Below, one piece after another: positions 35,673 to 44,818 of a DNA stretch of 64,000 nucleotides (the first letter of the stretch is position 1; every line of letters starts with the position of its first letter). The stretch lies in NCBI GenBank assembly GCA_910586215.1, contig CAJUGH010000015.1, positions 22,253 to 86,252 of the forward strand, written 5' to 3'. The stretch comes from an uncultured Acetatifactor sp. (lineage in GTDB: Bacteria > Bacillota > Clostridia > Lachnospirales > Lachnospiraceae). A program made the position numbers and the translations under genes. The notes beneath the pieces are model-generated. The model worked only from the letters and a program-made list of their open reading frames with translations. It was not told the origin of the DNA and ran no database searches.

Positions 35673-36536
35673 ATGGAAAAAGCAAAGGTTTATTTTACAA
35701 AGGAGATTACCCCGGAGGCCATGATCCGGATGTATCAGGCAGTGGGAAGGAAACTGGATGGGAATGTGGCGGTGAAATTACATTCCGGGGAAGTGGGGAA
35801 CCAGAATTTCCTAAGACCGGATTTTATGGAGCCGGTGGTAAGTTATGTGCATGGCACCATAGTGGAGTGTAACACGGCTTATGAAGGGCAGCGCAACACT
35901 TCCAAGGCCCACTGGGAGACCATGAAGCTCCACGGCTGGACGGGGATTGCAGCGGTAGATATCCTGGATGAAGACGGGGAGATGGAACTGTCCGTACCGG
36001 AAGGACAAAAGATCCAGAAAAATTTCGTGGGGAAGCATCTGCAGAAATATGATTCCATGTTGGTGCTGTCTCATTTCAAGGGCCATCCCATGGGAGGATT
36101 CGGGGGTGCATTGAAGAATATTTCCATCGGACTGGCCTCTTCCCACGGGAAAGCGTATATCCATGGAGTGGGGGATGTGAATAAGTTCTGGGAATCTGAC
36201 CATGATTCTTTCCTGGAGGCTATGGCAGATGCCAGCAAGTCCATTGTGGATTATTTCAAGGAAAAGACCGTGTATATCAATGTGATGAAAAATATGTCCG
36301 TGGACTGTGACTGCTGTGCAGTGGCAGAGGATCCGGCCATGGCAGACATTGGCATCCTGGCTTCCCTGGATCCGGTGGCCCTGGACCAGGCCTGCCTGGA
36401 CCTGGTGTATGCCTCAGAGGACCCTGGCAGGGACCATCTGCTGGAGCGGATCGAATCCAGGAACGGTGTCCATACAGTGGAGGCGGCTGCCAGGATCGGT
36501 GTGGGTACCAGGGAATATGAGTTGCTGGCGGTATAA
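35673..36536 (+). CDS. DUF362 domain-containing protein
   Basis: VKLHSGE..GN, FKGHPMGGFGGALKNISIG and SVDCDCC motifs typical of DUF362. Confidence 0.75.
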   Translation: MEKAKVYFTKEITPEAMIRMYQAVGRKLDGNVAVKLHSGEVGNQNFLRPDFMEPVVSYVHGTIVECNTAYEGQRNTSKAHWETMKLHGWTGIAAVDILDEDGEMELSVPEGQKIQKNFVGKHLQKYDSMLVLSHFKGHPMGGFGGALKNISIGLASSHGKAYIHGVGDVNKFWESDHDSFLEAMADASKSIVDYFKEKTVYINVMKNMSVDCDCCAVAEDPAMADIGILASLDPVALDQACLDLVYASEDPGRDHLLERIESRNGVHTVEAAARIGVGTREYELLAV

Positions 36537-36561
36537 CAGTGTTTTCCCGGAATCTGCCTGT

Positions 36562-36600
36562 AAGGCGGTGTAACCCCTGGCATGGGTTATACCGCCTTTG
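36562..36600. terminator. 15-bp stem-loop between convergent genes
   Basis: AAGGCGGTGTAACCC / GGGTTATACCGCCTT with a 7-nt loop. Short T tract. Confidence 0.55.
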
Positions 36601-36701
36601 TGCGTCAGTCTGGCAGCGCTGGAGGCACCACGCCAGAGACATATGAAATCACCTGGCAGTGGGACAATGTGCGGATGGTAAGACACCTGTTTCTCCGGGC
36701 T

Positions 36702-39200
36702 TTAGGTATCCGGTGTGACGATTAGGTTATCTGCCATGGTGAAGACAGAAGCGACTCCTTTGTAGCAGCACCAATTAGGCATTTTCGGATATCTGTGCGC
36801 CACCAGGCAGAAGGCGCCTATGGTGTCGTGGACCGGGATCCGCGCATCATACCGGGCGATCTCCCTGGCACAGGGGCCAGCAGGAAGGAAGAGGGTATCC
36901 TGCAGGACCAGATGTTCCAGATCCGGGCCCGTATAAAGCTGTACAGATTCCGGATATATGATACCGGCCCGGTGGTGGGACAGGAAACCAATGGTCAAGG
37001 CCCCTACAGCCACTGCTTCCGGGAAGGTGCCAGTGACCTCCAGATCTTGAAGGGTGCCCCGCCAGCGTCCATCCAGGTAGTCCAGGGTACCCCGCAGGGG
37101 GCAGAGCAGATCCGTGACGCCGTCTCCATGAAAGATGGGCCGGGGATCCAGGAGCGTAGGGCTGGTGAGCTGTACCTGGGTGAGACTGAAGGCATACTCT
37201 GCCACAGCAGGTTCGCTGAAACGTCCATCCGGGGTAATCAGCCTGGCAGAGAGTACCGTATCCCGTGTCAATTCTATGGGGCCGGAGTATAGGGCAGATT
37301 CCAGGGTAGGAAGCGTCTGGTCTGTGGTGTATCGGATCTGGCCTTCTTCCGGGGCAGCCAGTTCCACATAGGCCTTCTGTCCGGCAGGGAAAACACTGGC
37401 ACCAGGCAGGAATACCGGGGTCATGGGAGGAACCGGGAGGAGGCATCTGGTTCTCTTCTTCTGAGCAAAGGCGGCCAGAGGCGCTTCCTGGGCATCTGCA
37501 GTTGTGTGCGTTTTCCGGGCATCGGGGGCCAGGGGCGCTTCCTGGCCCCCTGTCCGGTGACCATGATTATCTCCCCCAGGGATGGAGGTCTTCCCAGGTC
37601 TGGAATCTAACGTCTGACGGAAAATATCAGCCTCATGTAATTTATCACCCAACTTTATATAGATCTGCCCTTCTTCCGGCGCAAGGAGCAGACCGTCCGT
37701 ACCGGCGTGGCAGACTTTCCCCTGGATAAGTTCCATACTATAGGGGAAGCCCCGGTGCCGCATCAGGATATCCCGGCCCTGCATGGCACAGAAGACAGGA
37801 AGGGTGTCGAAGCGCAGGCAGAAAGAGCTTTCCAGCAGCAGGGCATCCGGCTGCATGGTAAAGAGGGCCAGACGCTGGCCGGTCATCCTGTCAGTCAGTT
37901 CTGCGCAGGCAGTCAGGGCATGGAAGCTGTCTGTTCCTTCAGGCGTGAAATACCGGATGACACCCTCCGGTTCCTGTCCGTCTTCATCCTGTAGCCGGAT
38001 AAAGGGCCTGAAGCCAGTCTCCTGGATCCAGGACTGGGGAAACAGGACTGGCAGGGCATCAAAAGTGCTTCTGGCATCTGTCATGGCGGCATCCAGGTAC
38101 CGGGAGGGGTAATCCTGGCGGTACAGGAAGAAATCCCGGATCCGCAGGTGCCCTTCCTCCCCCAGGAAACCTACCCGGCAGGAAGGACAGGCATACCATT
38201 GGGCGCTTAGGTTCCGGGTCCTGTCCCAGTCCTGGGAGGCCTGGAAAGTCATGGGCGGGGTTAGGCGGTAAGTGCTGGTGAAATGGCTGGCTGTGTCAGC
38301 CATGGTCTCCACCTGGACTTTTCCTTCCTGGGCAAGGGTCTTTAGAAGTGCAAGCTGGGGCTTCAGGCCGGGACTGATGTTCTCCCAGAGGAAATTGTTC
38401 TCCTGGCCCACATGGGCATACCCTGTGCCCAGGGAATCTTCCCCGGCCAGACATCCGAAGAACCAGGCAAGCCAGTCCGGATCCCTGCCGATGATCCAGG
38501 AGGGTTCCAGTGTGTAGACACCCTGCAGGCCAGGGCGCACATCCTGTTCAAAATTGTAGATGGGATCTGGTCCCAGAAGACGGAACATGGGGACAGGAAG
38601 CTGCCCTTCCACTGTGGAAGCCGGGATGTTCTCATTTTTCAAACTGGGATAATAGAGGCCGTTTGGATAGCCGCCCCAGAGGGTGAAACCATCTGTTCCC
38701 ATCTGGTCCCTGCAGATGGCACCCCCTAGGATGCCGTATCTGGAAGCGGCATAGGAGAGGGTTACGGTGTCAAGGACCCAGGAGCCGATGGTCCTGGGAT
38801 AGAAGCCGTATACTTCATGGAAATCCTGCATATAGGCGTCTACCAGGAGCTTCCGTTCCTCAGGCTGGTAGCCGATACAGTAGGCACTGTTTACCCGGTC
38901 ATCGTATTCCTCGCTGGTCTTTCCGCGGAAAGGCACACCGGCCTTGCGGCAGAGGGGTTCTGTGATTTCCCACCAGGCAGACACTTCATCGGTCTCTTCC
39001 AGGTAATCTGCGAACAGCGCCTGGTAACGGGGATCCATCAGACAGTCGTATTTTAGAGCCCAGGTGGAGGGGAAGCCATATTGCTTGACTAAGATCAGCT
39101 GCTTTTTCACAGTCTCGAAATCATCCTGGATAAAACGGCTTGGCTCCACATGGGACATACGGACAAAATTATAGATATTTACAATGGGGATCTTTCTCAT
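36702..39200 (-). CDS. large cytoplasmic-type protein, glycoside-hydrolase/deacetylase-like N-terminal region with chitobiase/hexosaminidase C-terminal-like (CHB_HEX_C) module
   Basis: 832-aa intact ORF with an AGGAGAAG RBS. QIRYTTDQTLPTLESALYSGPIELTRDTVLSARL resembles CHB_HEX_C. No signal peptide. The family of the N-terminal 500 aa is not identified. Confidence 0.6.
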   Translation of the reverse strand: MRKIPIVNIYNFVRMSHVEPSRFIQDDFETVKKQLILVKQYGFPSTWALKYDCLMDPRYQALFADYLEETDEVSAWWEITEPLCRKAGVPFRGKTSEEYDDRVNSAYCIGYQPEERKLLVDAYMQDFHEVYGFYPRTIGSWVLDTVTLSYAASRYGILGGAICRDQMGTDGFTLWGGYPNGLYYPSLKNENIPASTVEGQLPVPMFRLLGPDPIYNFEQDVRPGLQGVYTLEPSWIIGRDPDWLAWFFGCLAGEDSLGTGYAHVGQENNFLWENISPGLKPQLALLKTLAQEGKVQVETMADTASHFTSTYRLTPPMTFQASQDWDRTRNLSAQWYACPSCRVGFLGEEGHLRIRDFFLYRQDYPSRYLDAAMTDARSTFDALPVLFPQSWIQETGFRPFIRLQDEDGQEPEGVIRYFTPEGTDSFHALTACAELTDRMTGQRLALFTMQPDALLLESSFCLRFDTLPVFCAMQGRDILMRHRGFPYSMELIQGKVCHAGTDGLLLAPEEGQIYIKLGDKLHEADIFRQTLDSRPGKTSIPGGDNHGHRTGGQEAPLAPDARKTHTTADAQEAPLAAFAQKKRTRCLLPVPPMTPVFLPGASVFPAGQKAYVELAAPEEGQIRYTTDQTLPTLESALYSGPIELTRDTVLSARLITPDGRFSEPAVAEYAFSLTQVQLTSPTLLDPRPIFHGDGVTDLLCPLRGTLDYLDGRWRGTLQDLEVTGTFPEAVAVGALTIGFLSHHRAGIIYPESVQLYTGPDLEHLVLQDTLFLPAGPCAREIARYDARIPVHDTIGAFCLVAHRYPKMPNWCCYKGVASVFTMADNLIVTPDT

Positions 39201-39264
39201 ATTGTCTTCTCCTGGTTACTTAATATGCAGCCAAAGTCCGCAGAAAAGGTATCCGGCAGACTTT

Positions 39265-39699
39265 TTACTTCAAGGCAGAAGAGTATTTTTCCTCACAGTA
39301 TTTGCAGCGGTAGATTTCCTTCTCCGCATCAGCCAGGCAGAAGATGTGAGGCAGCTCCTGCTCGATGGAAGTGATGCACCTGGGGTTATGGCATCTGATC
39401 ACATTCTTGATCTGCATGGGGAGGGCCAGTTCCTTTTTCTCCACAATCTCCCCGTTCTTGATCACATTCACAGTGATATTGTGGTCGATGAAGGCCAGCA
39501 CGTCAAGATCCAGCATATTGAGGTCGCACTCCACCTTTAGGATATCCTTTTTTCCCATTTTATTGCTGCGGGCGTTTTTGATGATGGCCACCGTGCAGTC
39601 CAGCTTGTTAAGCTGCAGGTGGTCATAGATGTCCAGGCTCTTTCCGGCCTTGATGTGATCCAGCACAAAGCCTTCTTCGATTTTTCCTACGTTTAACAT
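39265..39699 (-). CDS. pyrI: aspartate carbamoyltransferase regulatory subunit
   Basis: VGKIEEGFVLDHI N-terminus and the C-terminal zinc domain CHNPRCIT...YRCKYCE. Confidence 0.95.
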   Translation of the reverse strand: MLNVGKIEEGFVLDHIKAGKSLDIYDHLQLNKLDCTVAIIKNARSNKMGKKDILKVECDLNMLDLDVLAFIDHNITVNVIKNGEIVEKKELALPMQIKNVIRCHNPRCITSIEQELPHIFCLADAEKEIYRCKYCEEKYSSALK

Positions 39700-39839
39700 A
39701 TATGGCTCTCCCTTTCTATGAGTGATGTGGTCTGTCAGGATGAGTCCCGGAAGTCTGCAGGGCGGCCTTGCCGTCTGGGAAACACATTTGTGGCTTCGCG
39801 GGAGGGACTGTTGGAACGGATACGGGCCTGTCTGCCGGT

Positions 39840-40757
39840 TCAGGGAACCTGGATCCCCAGCAGGGTGAGGATCAGTGCCATGCGCACATAGACGCCGTAC
39901 CGGGCTTGTCTGAAATAAGCAGCCCTGGGGTCGCTGTCCACTTCCACGGAGATCTCATTGACCCTGGGGAGGGGATGGAGGACCAGCATGTCTTCCCTGG
40001 CCAGGGACATCTTGGCGGTATCCAGGATGTAGAAGTCCTTCAGGCGTACATAATCCTCCTCGTTGAAGAAGCGTTCCTTCTGTACCCGGGTCATGTACAG
40101 CAGATCCAGCTGGGGCATGACCTTCTCTAAGCGGATGACTTCCTCATAGGGAATGTTCCGGCTCCGCAGCATATCCGTGATATAATCGGGAACCCGCAGT
40201 TCCTCCGGGGAGATGAAGATGAACCGGATGTTCGCATACCGCACCAGGGCACCGATCAGGGAGTGGACGGTGCGGCCGAACTTCAAGTCGCCGCACAGGC
40301 CGATGGTGAGATTGTCAAGGCGGCCCTTCAGGCTGCGGATGGTCAGCAGGTCCGTGAGGGTCTGGGTGGGATGCTGGTGTCCACCGTCACCGGCATTGAT
40401 CACGGGGATTCTGGATTTCTCGGCGGCTACCATGGGAGCCCCTTCCTTAGGATGGCGCATGGCGCAGATGTCCGCGTAGCAGGAGATGACACGGATGGTG
40501 TCAGACACGCTCTCGCCCTTGGTGGCAGAGGAGGAGGCTGCATCCGAGAAGCCGATGATGCGCCCTCCCAGCCTGGTCATGGCTGACTCGAAGCTTAAGC
40601 GTGTGCGCGTGCTTGGCTCATAGAAACAGGTGGCCAGGATCCGGCCGTCACAGGCGTGGGCATATCTTGCCGGGTTGTGCTCGATGTCCCCGGCCAGAAT
40701 AAACAGATCTTCCAGTTCCTTGGTGGTAAAATCCAGCGGACTCATTAAATGTCTCAT
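39840..40757 (-). CDS. pyrB: aspartate carbamoyltransferase catalytic subunit
   Basis: [22 protein letters not shown] motifs. Confidence 0.95.
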   Translation of the reverse strand: MRHLMSPLDFTTKELEDLFILAGDIEHNPARYAHACDGRILATCFYEPSTRTRLSFESAMTRLGGRIIGFSDAASSSATKGESVSDTIRVISCYADICAMRHPKEGAPMVAAEKSRIPVINAGDGGHQHPTQTLTDLLTIRSLKGRLDNLTIGLCGDLKFGRTVHSLIGALVRYANIRFIFISPEELRVPDYITDMLRSRNIPYEEVIRLEKVMPQLDLLYMTRVQKERFFNEEDYVRLKDFYILDTAKMSLAREDMLVLHPLPRVNEISVEVDSDPRAAYFRQARYGVYVRMALILTLLGIQVP

Positions 40758-40840
40758 ACGTTTCCTCTTTTCTCTTCTAAATAGATTTAGGAACTGTTCA
40801 AAAATGATTTTTTACGCATTCTTAACAGTTCCTTACCCCA

Positions 40841-40877
40841 GAAAAAGAGCCGAAGACTAAAAGAAAATCTTCGACTC
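40841..40877 (-). terminator. rho-independent terminator of the nitroreductase gene
   Basis: On the minus strand, a GAGTCGAAGA / TCTTCGGCTC stem (one mismatch) is followed by TTTTTC. Confidence 0.6.
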
Positions 40878-40884
40878 TGGATCA

Positions 40885-41424
40885 TTACGACTGGAAAGAT
40901 AACAGATCCTCCACGGTCTTACGTCTGGGGGCGGTGGGGGATTCAGCGGGATAGCCCACGGGAATCAATGCAACTAACTCCCTTTCCTGGGGGAGTTCCA
41001 ATAATTTTGCGGCATCTTCCTCATCAAACAGTCCCAGGATGACAGTTCCGAGACCCTGTTCATATGCGGCAAGGCAGAAGGCTTCGCTGGCAACGCCGGC
41101 ATCGTACATCTGCCAGCCGTCTTCCTTGGGGGTGGAGAAAGAGCCGTCCCTCTCATAGCCGCTGCGGCCCTTGATCATGGTCACGGCGATTACCATGGGG
41201 GCATTTTCTATAATGGTGCCATTGCCGGGAAAAAGTGTGGTGCATTTTGCAAGTGCCGCTTTTTTTGCTCCTTCCACGGCAATATAACGGACGATCTGGG
41301 TGTTCTTCCAACTGGGGGCAAAAGAGGCTGTCTCCACGACCTGTGCCAGCAGTTCATGAGAAACCGGCTGGGAAGTGAACTTGCGGATGCTTCTGCGGCC
41401 CTTGATACACTCGTTTGCTGTCAT
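40885..41424 (-). CDS. nitroreductase-family protein
   Basis: RRSIRKFTSQPV signature. GGAGG lies 5-6 nt before the second ATG (41424), and the first ATG (41436) sits inside that RBS. Confidence 0.85.
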   Translation of the reverse strand: MTANECIKGRRSIRKFTSQPVSHELLAQVVETASFAPSWKNTQIVRYIAVEGAKKAALAKCTTLFPGNGTIIENAPMVIAVTMIKGRSGYERDGSFSTPKEDGWQMYDAGVASEAFCLAAYEQGLGTVILGLFDEEDAAKLLELPQERELVALIPVGYPAESPTAPRRKTVEDLLSFQS

Positions 41425-41496
41425 ATTTTCCTCCATTTCTCGGCGGTGTGCTTACCGCCAGCGAAATCCTGTGTCCTGGCTGGACTGTTATTATGT

Positions 41497-41525
41497 ATGA
41501 TACCATTTCCTGTAGGGACTTGCAA
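41497..41525 (-). promoter_or_regulatory. sigma-70 promoter of the nitroreductase gene
   Basis: Minus strand: TTGCAA, 17-nt spacer, TATCAT. Confidence 0.5.
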
Positions 41526-41655
41526 TGGGGTAAATTTATAGTTTTTTTATTAAAAGTTTTGCATCTGGGGAAGATTTCGACTATAATAAAAATAAGAAAA
41601 AAGAAGGAAGCAGCAGGGATAACAATAAATGGATACATAGAAAGGAAACGGGAAA

Positions 41656-42024
41656 ATGGAATTTACAGAGAGAAAGCGTTGGCTGTTCCTGGGACTGCCT
41701 TTTACTTTTACGAAGTATATGATCCGGGAAGATATGATCACGGTGGACACGGGACTGCTGAAGACAGTGGAAAACGACTGCTATATGTATAAGGTGCAGG
41801 ATGTACAGCACAGTGCCACCCTGGCAGAGAAAATGTTCGGACTGGGTACGGTCATCTGCTTCACCGGGGATACCACCCATCCGCAGCTTGTGCTGGAACA
41901 TATCCGCAATTCCAAGGTCATCAAGGAATTCATCCTCAAGGAGTCTGAGGAAGCCCGGCTGAAGAGACGCACGGTGAATATGCTGGATATCGGCTCCGGG
42001 GACCTGGAGGATGTGGAGGAGTAG
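41656..42024 (+). CDS. bacterial PH-domain (bPH_2/YdbS-like) protein
   Basis: The pattern ...ITVDTGLL...YKVQDVQ...FGLGTVICFTGD... is typical of PF03703. Confidence 0.7.
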   Translation: MEFTERKRWLFLGLPFTFTKYMIREDMITVDTGLLKTVENDCYMYKVQDVQHSATLAEKMFGLGTVICFTGDTTHPQLVLEHIRNSKVIKEFILKESEEARLKRRTVNMLDIGSGDLEDVEE

Positions 42025-42039
42025 GGGATAGTCTGGTTA

Positions 42040-42178
42040 TTTTTCACGGGGTGGTGTCGCGAGGTGTTTTCACGCGTTTTTTGCGTGACAAACCCGAGAC
42101 TGCATGCGCCAAAATGGGCTGCTTTGCCCATTTTGTGTGCATCATGTTGCTTTGAACGGCATGGCCGTGAAAAGTAAC
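42040..42178 (+). repeat. intergenic repeat element, copy A
   Basis: A 42-nt core at 42062-42103 (AGGTGTTTTCACGCG-loop-GCGTGACAAACCCGAGACTGC) matches 61396-61437 except in the hairpin loop. A second shared block is TGTTGCT(T/G)TGAACGG, with a GTGAA(A/C)AGTAAC tail. Confidence 0.65.
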
Positions 42179-42231
42179 ATATTCCGGCCTGCCAGGGCAT
42201 TGCCAGGAAGCCGGAGGCGCGGCAGACTTGG

Positions 42232-42678
42232 TTAGGATTCTTCCTGCCTGGTATCCCTGGACAGCAACAGGCGCTCGAACAGGAGTCCCGCACCGAACCA
42301 GTAGGGGGCGAAGTCCAGACGGATGACACGTCCCACATTCCAGCGGCTCCGGCCGTAATCCCAGGGGCAGAATTTGTGGCGCCTTAGCAGGGTACCGGTG
42401 AGATATTCCCCGGAGAAGATCAGTCCCATATAAGCCAGTCCCCGCAGCCATACGGACTTCTTCCGAAGCAGGTGCATGATGGGGGAGAGGATGGCGGCGC
42501 TGCCATAGATGGGAAACATCCACAGGGAGGTGTTTCCTGTTAAAGTCATGTCCCGGCGCCTTAGGGAATCGGCGGCAGTAAAGAGAATTTCCATACACCA
42601 GCCTGTGAGTCCGCATTTTAAGAAATTTTGAAAAAAAGTGGCTATGGGCTGGCTCTTTTTATTGTTGTCAGAGGTCAT
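42232..42678 (-). CDS. PF06541-type (CmpB-like) membrane protein, short paralog
   Basis: LTGWCMEILFTAADSLRRRDMTLTGNTSLWMFPIYG signature. TGGAG RBS lies 8 nt before the ATG at 42678. Confidence 0.7.
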   Translation of the reverse strand: MTSDNNKKSQPIATFFQNFLKCGLTGWCMEILFTAADSLRRRDMTLTGNTSLWMFPIYGSAAILSPIMHLLRKKSVWLRGLAYMGLIFSGEYLTGTLLRRHKFCPWDYGRSRWNVGRVIRLDFAPYWFGAGLLFERLLLSRDTRQEES

Positions 42679-42912
42679 TTCGTTTACTCCATACAGTGAG
42701 GTCGGGGTCAAAAGGTATACTGCCCCCTATGGTGGACATACAGTTCGGGTATGTTCTGGATCTTATAAAGCATCTGGGGATAGGATGGCCAGGGGAAAGG
42801 ATTTTATACGTAATTTTGGTGGAGTGACTGGAACAGGAAGACAGAGGGATATGGAAAAGCGGAATGCAGGGCTGTAGGCAGGGGAGCCTGTAGATGCAGG
42901 GAGAGTGTAGAT

Positions 42913-43710
42913 ATGGCAGAATGGCAGGGGATGGCAGAAGGGTACATCCTGATTGCAGAAGATGACAGTGATATCAACCAGATGTTGGCAGAACTCCTGT
43001 CCGGGAACGGCTACCGGGTGGTACAGGCCTATTCCGGGACGGAGGCGCTGTTGCATATGAAAGTTCACGTCCCGGCAGCGGTGATTCTGGATCTGATGCT
43101 GCCGGGCATGGCGGGGGAAGAGGTACTTAGGCAGATCAAAGAGGAGCATCCTGACACTGCCGTGCTGGTCATCTCTGCAAAAGACGGGGTGGGACACCGG
43201 ATCTCCCTGCTCCAGGCCGGGGCAGATGACTATCTCACCAAGCCTTTTGACACCGGGGAACTCCTGGCCAGGCTGGAAGCAGTGCTGCGTCGCAGCTGGA
43301 GAAGGGAGGCAGGCAGCAGACAGCCAGGAACGGATGGAGACCGGCAGGGGACATATGGACAGCAGGAACTGGAAACCTGGAGAGAACCAGGAATACAAAG
43401 GGAAGCAGCAGGAAAATGCCTGCGCCACAGGGATCTTGTGATGTACCCGGAGAATTACACGGTGTTCCTGGGAGAGGAGGAACTTTCCCTGACTCGCAGG
43501 GAATTCCTGATCCTGGAACTGCTCATGGGTAATCCGAAGAAAGTCTTTACAAAGAACAATATCTATGAATCTGTGTGGAACGAAGAATTCCTGGGGGAGG
43601 ACAATGCCGTGAATGTCCATATCAGCAACCTGCGGCAGAAGCTGGCCAGGGTGCGGCCTGGAGAGTCCTATATCCAGACAGTGTGGGGGATTGGGTTCAA
43701 GATGCAGTAG
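42913..43710 (+). CDS. OmpR-family response regulator with extended interdomain linker
   Basis: Receiver (ILIAEDD, VILDLMLPG, ISAKD) and winged helix (LTRREFLILELL...VWGIGFK) separated by about 40 extra residues. Confidence 0.88.
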   Translation: MAEWQGMAEGYILIAEDDSDINQMLAELLSGNGYRVVQAYSGTEALLHMKVHVPAAVILDLMLPGMAGEEVLRQIKEEHPDTAVLVISAKDGVGHRISLLQAGADDYLTKPFDTGELLARLEAVLRRSWRREAGSRQPGTDGDRQGTYGQQELETWREPGIQREAAGKCLRHRDLVMYPENYTVFLGEEELSLTRREFLILELLMGNPKKVFTKNNIYESVWNEEFLGEDNAVNVHISNLRQKLARVRPGESYIQTVWGIGFKMQ

Positions 43711-43881
43711 AAGGTGCCGCGAACAATACTTTGTCCTGCTGCCTGGGGCAAAGGGATTGGCAATATGCCAGAAACTTTATGCTTTCTTTAAACTTTCCCT
43801 AATATTTCGAAAGAAGGAACAGGTATCCTGTATATATAAAGCTTAGGAACAGAATCGGCTGGAAGGGGAAAGGAAGGAAAG

Positions 43882-44793
43882 ATGGAATATGTATTACAGA
43901 CGCAGCAGCTTACCAAGGCCTACGGCAGGATGAAGGCTGTGGACAAAGTGAGTATGAATGTGCGGAAGGGGGATATCTACGGTTTTATTGGGAGAAACGG
44001 TGCCGGGAAGACTACCTTCATGCGGCTGGTGGCAGGACTGGCGGCCCCTGATTCCGGTCATCTGCAGCTGTTTGGGGAAAGCGGTTTAGACCAGGCAGGG
44101 ATAAGGCGGCGCATTGGCACCTTGATTGAGAACCCTGGGCTGTACCAGGGCATGACGGCCAGGGATAACCTGGAGGTCCTGCGGCTGCAGTACGGGATCC
44201 CGGACAGGGAACTGCCGGACAGGATGCTGGCCCAGGTGGGACTGGAGGACACGGGGAAGAAAAAAGTACGGAAATTCTCCATGGGAATGAAGCAACGCCT
44301 GGGAATCGCCATAGCTCTGCTGCACGGTCCGGATTTCCTGATCCTGGACGAACCCATCAACGGCCTGGATCCGGCGGGGATTCGGGAGGTGCGGGAACTG
44401 TTGGTGAAACTGAACCGGGAGAAGGGGATCACGATCCTGGTATCCAGCCATATTCTGGGAGAACTGGAGAAGGTCGCCACCTGCTACGGGATCATCCGGG
44501 ACGGGAAGCTGGTGGAGGAACTTGATGCGGGGGAGCTGGCAAGGAAAAACCGTAGGTGCCATAAGCTGGTGACGCAGGATGTGGAAGTGGCAGTGAGGAT
44601 CCTGGAGGACCAGCTTCATATCCAGGATTACGATGTGCCACGGCCGGGAGTGCTCCGCGTCTTCGAATATCTGGAGGACACAGCCCGGGTCAACCGTGTG
44701 TTGGCAGCAGGTGGTGTGGCCATACAGGAAAGCTTCTTAACCGGGGTAGACCTGGAGGCATATTTCATGGAGCGCATGGGTGGACAGGAATAA
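43882..44793 (+). CDS. ABC transporter ATP-binding protein (ABC-2/bacitracin-lantibiotic immunity type)
   Basis: GRNGAGKTT, FSMGMKQRL, LILDEP. Confidence 0.92.
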   Translation: MEYVLQTQQLTKAYGRMKAVDKVSMNVRKGDIYGFIGRNGAGKTTFMRLVAGLAAPDSGHLQLFGESGLDQAGIRRRIGTLIENPGLYQGMTARDNLEVLRLQYGIPDRELPDRMLAQVGLEDTGKKKVRKFSMGMKQRLGIAIALLHGPDFLILDEPINGLDPAGIREVRELLVKLNREKGITILVSSHILGELEKVATCYGIIRDGKLVEELDAGELARKNRRCHKLVTQDVEVAVRILEDQLHIQDYDVPRPGVLRVFEYLEDTARVNRVLAAGGVAIQESFLTGVDLEAYFMERMGGQE

Positions 44794-44818
44794 ATTTGAA
44801 AGGAAACGAGGGAACGAA

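Noticed and set aside
40862-40884. TCCAGAG motif upstream of pyrB as a PyrR-binding anti-antiterminator loop
   Set aside because: It lies immediately after the nitroreductase stop codon and forms the 5' arm of that gene's terminator. The rest of the PyrR consensus (ARUCCAGAGAGGYU) is not matched.
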